This document shows positions 61,951-64,000 of a stretch of DNA of 64,000 nucleotides, piece by piece. How positions within the stretch are numbered: the stretch's first letter is position 1; each line of letters opens with the position of its first letter. This stretch comes from Glaucostegus cemiculus. Lineage: Eukaryota. The position numbers and the translations under genes are program-made. The stretch spans positions 13,392,001 through 13,456,000 of the forward strand of contig CDPCPM010000033.1 of NCBI GenBank assembly GCA_976551045.1. Direction: 5' to 3'. The notes beneath the pieces are model-generated. The model was not told where the DNA came from, searched no databases, and worked only from the letters and a program-made list of their open reading frames with translations.

Positions 61951-62337
61951 AATAAACTAATACGAATCTATGTGGATTGACAATTCTGTGGAAAAAATCC
62001 TCAAAGAGATCATAAAAAGTATTGGTTCTGCTATCGAAGATGGAAAATTGTCTTCTATATAGCATATCACTGATTAATGTAGCGTAGGATATTGAAGTTA
62101 GATGATTTCTGCTCTAGTGTTTGAAGTAAGTAGCTGAAAAACAAGCACGCAATTTGACCTTATTAGCAGAAAGATGAAAGAATGAATATATTATTGTGAT
62201 AATTCTCGAGGGGCATTATTCATAAAGTCCTAACGATTAAAACATAACTCTAATGGAATTATATTCGAGCACTTTGACTTTGTCTGATTCATTTTGGTTT
62301 TTGAAGTTGAATGAATTAATGCTATGTCAAACATGAA

Positions 62338-62509
62338 CAAACATTGCTAGGTCTATAGCATCATGTACTAATGTACAGTGAGGAAGAAAGATCTGAGATA
62401 ATTACAGTACAATGTACCAGTAACATTAAAACAGAGGAAATGTTCAAGAGCAGCACGCAACTAACAAGGTTGTGGTAAATTTTGAAACAGTAGGAGTGCA
62501 TATGTTGGT
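62338..62509 (+). repeat. Copy 2 of the ~175-bp dispersed duplication
   Basis: See 55986-56163; roughly 85-90% identical by eye. Confidence 0.9.
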
Positions 62510-63179
62510 CTCACACACACATACATAAAGTTATTTCCTTTTGGATATACTTTCAATTCCAATTAGATTTACTTAATTATTTTAGACATGACTTGCTGTC
62601 TTTATGGTTCTTGGTATATTCACATCCAAAATTTCTGGTAATTCACAGGCAGATATTGCAATAAATTGCAATAAATTCTGTTTGATTTCCTGGTTAATAC
62701 CAGCTTTCACTCTACAGTAATGACAAATGAACAAGAAAGCATAGGCGAAATGGGTAGAAAGATCATCTGTACTAAAGGAGCGATATAGTACTTGCTGCGC
62801 ATTGGACTCTGCCTCTGAAATTTACTTGAACAGCTAAACCAAATTGCAGAAGCAGTGTAAAAGTTCTATCTTCCTTGTTTGACACGTCAGATGCGGACAA
62901 ATTTCTACCCCATTTTTTACTTCAGGATGAAATACTAAAATATTAATCACATATTTGAAAGCCTTACTTAGCTTTTAAATCATTACATTCCTTATTGAAA
63001 TCCATATTGAGTAATCTATTAAAGCGTCCCAATTTCTGACCTTTGCAGGCAGCTCTATGTTTAAACTCAGTGAGAAAGAAGGAATTTGCATTTTAATAAT
63101 AGTTTTGTTGTATTAGATGTCCTAACACTTCACAAATTTAAAGGAATGATAATTCTTATAAGTTCATTTTCAGAACCTG

Positions 63180-63930
63180 GGTGGCAGTAGCAAGGCCAGC
63201 TTTTAATATCCCTTGAAGTTTGTGGTGAGTTGCCACCTTGATCTGCCATTGTTCTTACAGTGAAGGTATTCCCACAATAAAGAGATCCAGGATTAAGCCA
63301 CAGGGACAATGAAGAACCAGTGATATATTTACAAGACAGGATGGTGTGCAACCTGGGGGAAAACCTGTAGGCAGCGGAATTCCCATTTGCTTGCCGCACT
63401 CGTCGTCCTTGGTGGTGGAGGTCGCAAATTTGGGAGGTGCTGTTGGAGTACCTTCAGTGCATTTTGTAGAGGATGTGAATGTTTAGGGTGGCTGTTGGAT
63501 AATGTTGAGCTTCTTGAGTGCTGTTGACTCTGTACTCTTTCAAGCAAACGGAAAGGCTCCCGTTACAGACTTGACCTGTACTTTCTTCATGGTGGAAAGG
63601 CTCTGGGTTGGCAGGAAGTGGTCACTTACTGCGGGATACTCAGACTCTGACTGCACTTGTAGCTATGGTGTGACTTGCTAATTGAGATTCTGATCCATGG
63701 TTACCTCCAAGATGTTGATGTTAGGGGACCTGATGAGAGTAATGCCACTAAATCTCAAGAGTAGGGTGATTACATTGTTTCTAGTTGAAGATGGTTCTGG
63801 CCTGGCACGCCTGTGGTGCAAATGCTCAGCTCATGTCTGAATGTTACCTTAGTCGTGTTGTATACTGGCATGAACTGCTTCATTTGCTGAGAAGTTGGGA
63901 ATGGAGTTGAACATTGTGCAATCATCAGCA
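63180..63930 (-). mobile_element. CR1/L2-group LINE RT C-terminal fragment
   Basis: Minus-strand tttgctgatgattgcacaatgttc (FADDCTMF). 3'UTR shared with 22605-23000. Confidence 0.7.
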
Positions 63931-64000
63931 AATAGAACATAGAACATTACAGCACAGTACAGGCCCTTCAGCCCACATTGTTGTGCCGACATTTTATCCT
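63931..64000 (-). mobile_element. CR1 3' tail running off the window edge
   Basis: atagaacatagaacattacagcacagtacaggcccttcagcccacattgttgtgccgac; same family as the 8828 and 28930 tails. Confidence 0.85.

Noticed and set aside
41380-64000. Upstream CERS6 exon (..ELSFYWSLMFSQFTDIKRK)
   Set aside because: Not found by eye on the minus strand; it probably lies beyond the window, though I could have missed it.

Overview
AT-rich, repeat-dense eukaryotic DNA, most likely from a cartilaginous fish (shark or ray). That assignment is inferred from the CR1/HER1-type LINEs, HE1/V-SINE-type and Deu-type SINEs, and Rex1 LINEs. The only host gene found is the 3' half of ceramide synthase 6 (CERS6) on the minus strand. 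Its five coding exons lie at 41251-41379, 38824-38930, 26131-26287, 18927-18950 (a 24-nt microexon encoding AGKWNPLH) and 15951-16094. All have AG/GT boundaries and compatible phases; upstream exons appear to lie beyond the window. The rest is intron or intergenic DNA filled with nested transposons. The main ones are: (1) a near-complete GC-rich CsRn1/Kabuki-type Gypsy element (43623-47858) with twin LTRs, a 4-bp TSD, a tRNA-Trp PBS, a PPT, a CHCC Gag knuckle and a G_GGA_AAC plus hairpin -1 frameshift signal; (2) reciprocal CR1/Rex1 nestings, one of which creates a chimeric 1057-aa ORF; (3) internally deleted CR1 copies with tandem 5' monomers; (4) ~100-150 bp TSD-flanked Penelope-type mini-elements carrying hammerhead-ribozyme relics. 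Also present are a perfect 25-bp hairpin, a ~34-bp minisatellite and a ~175-bp dispersed duplication. No prokaryotic systems or CRISPR arrays were seen. All analysis was by eye; boundaries of old repeats are approximate.
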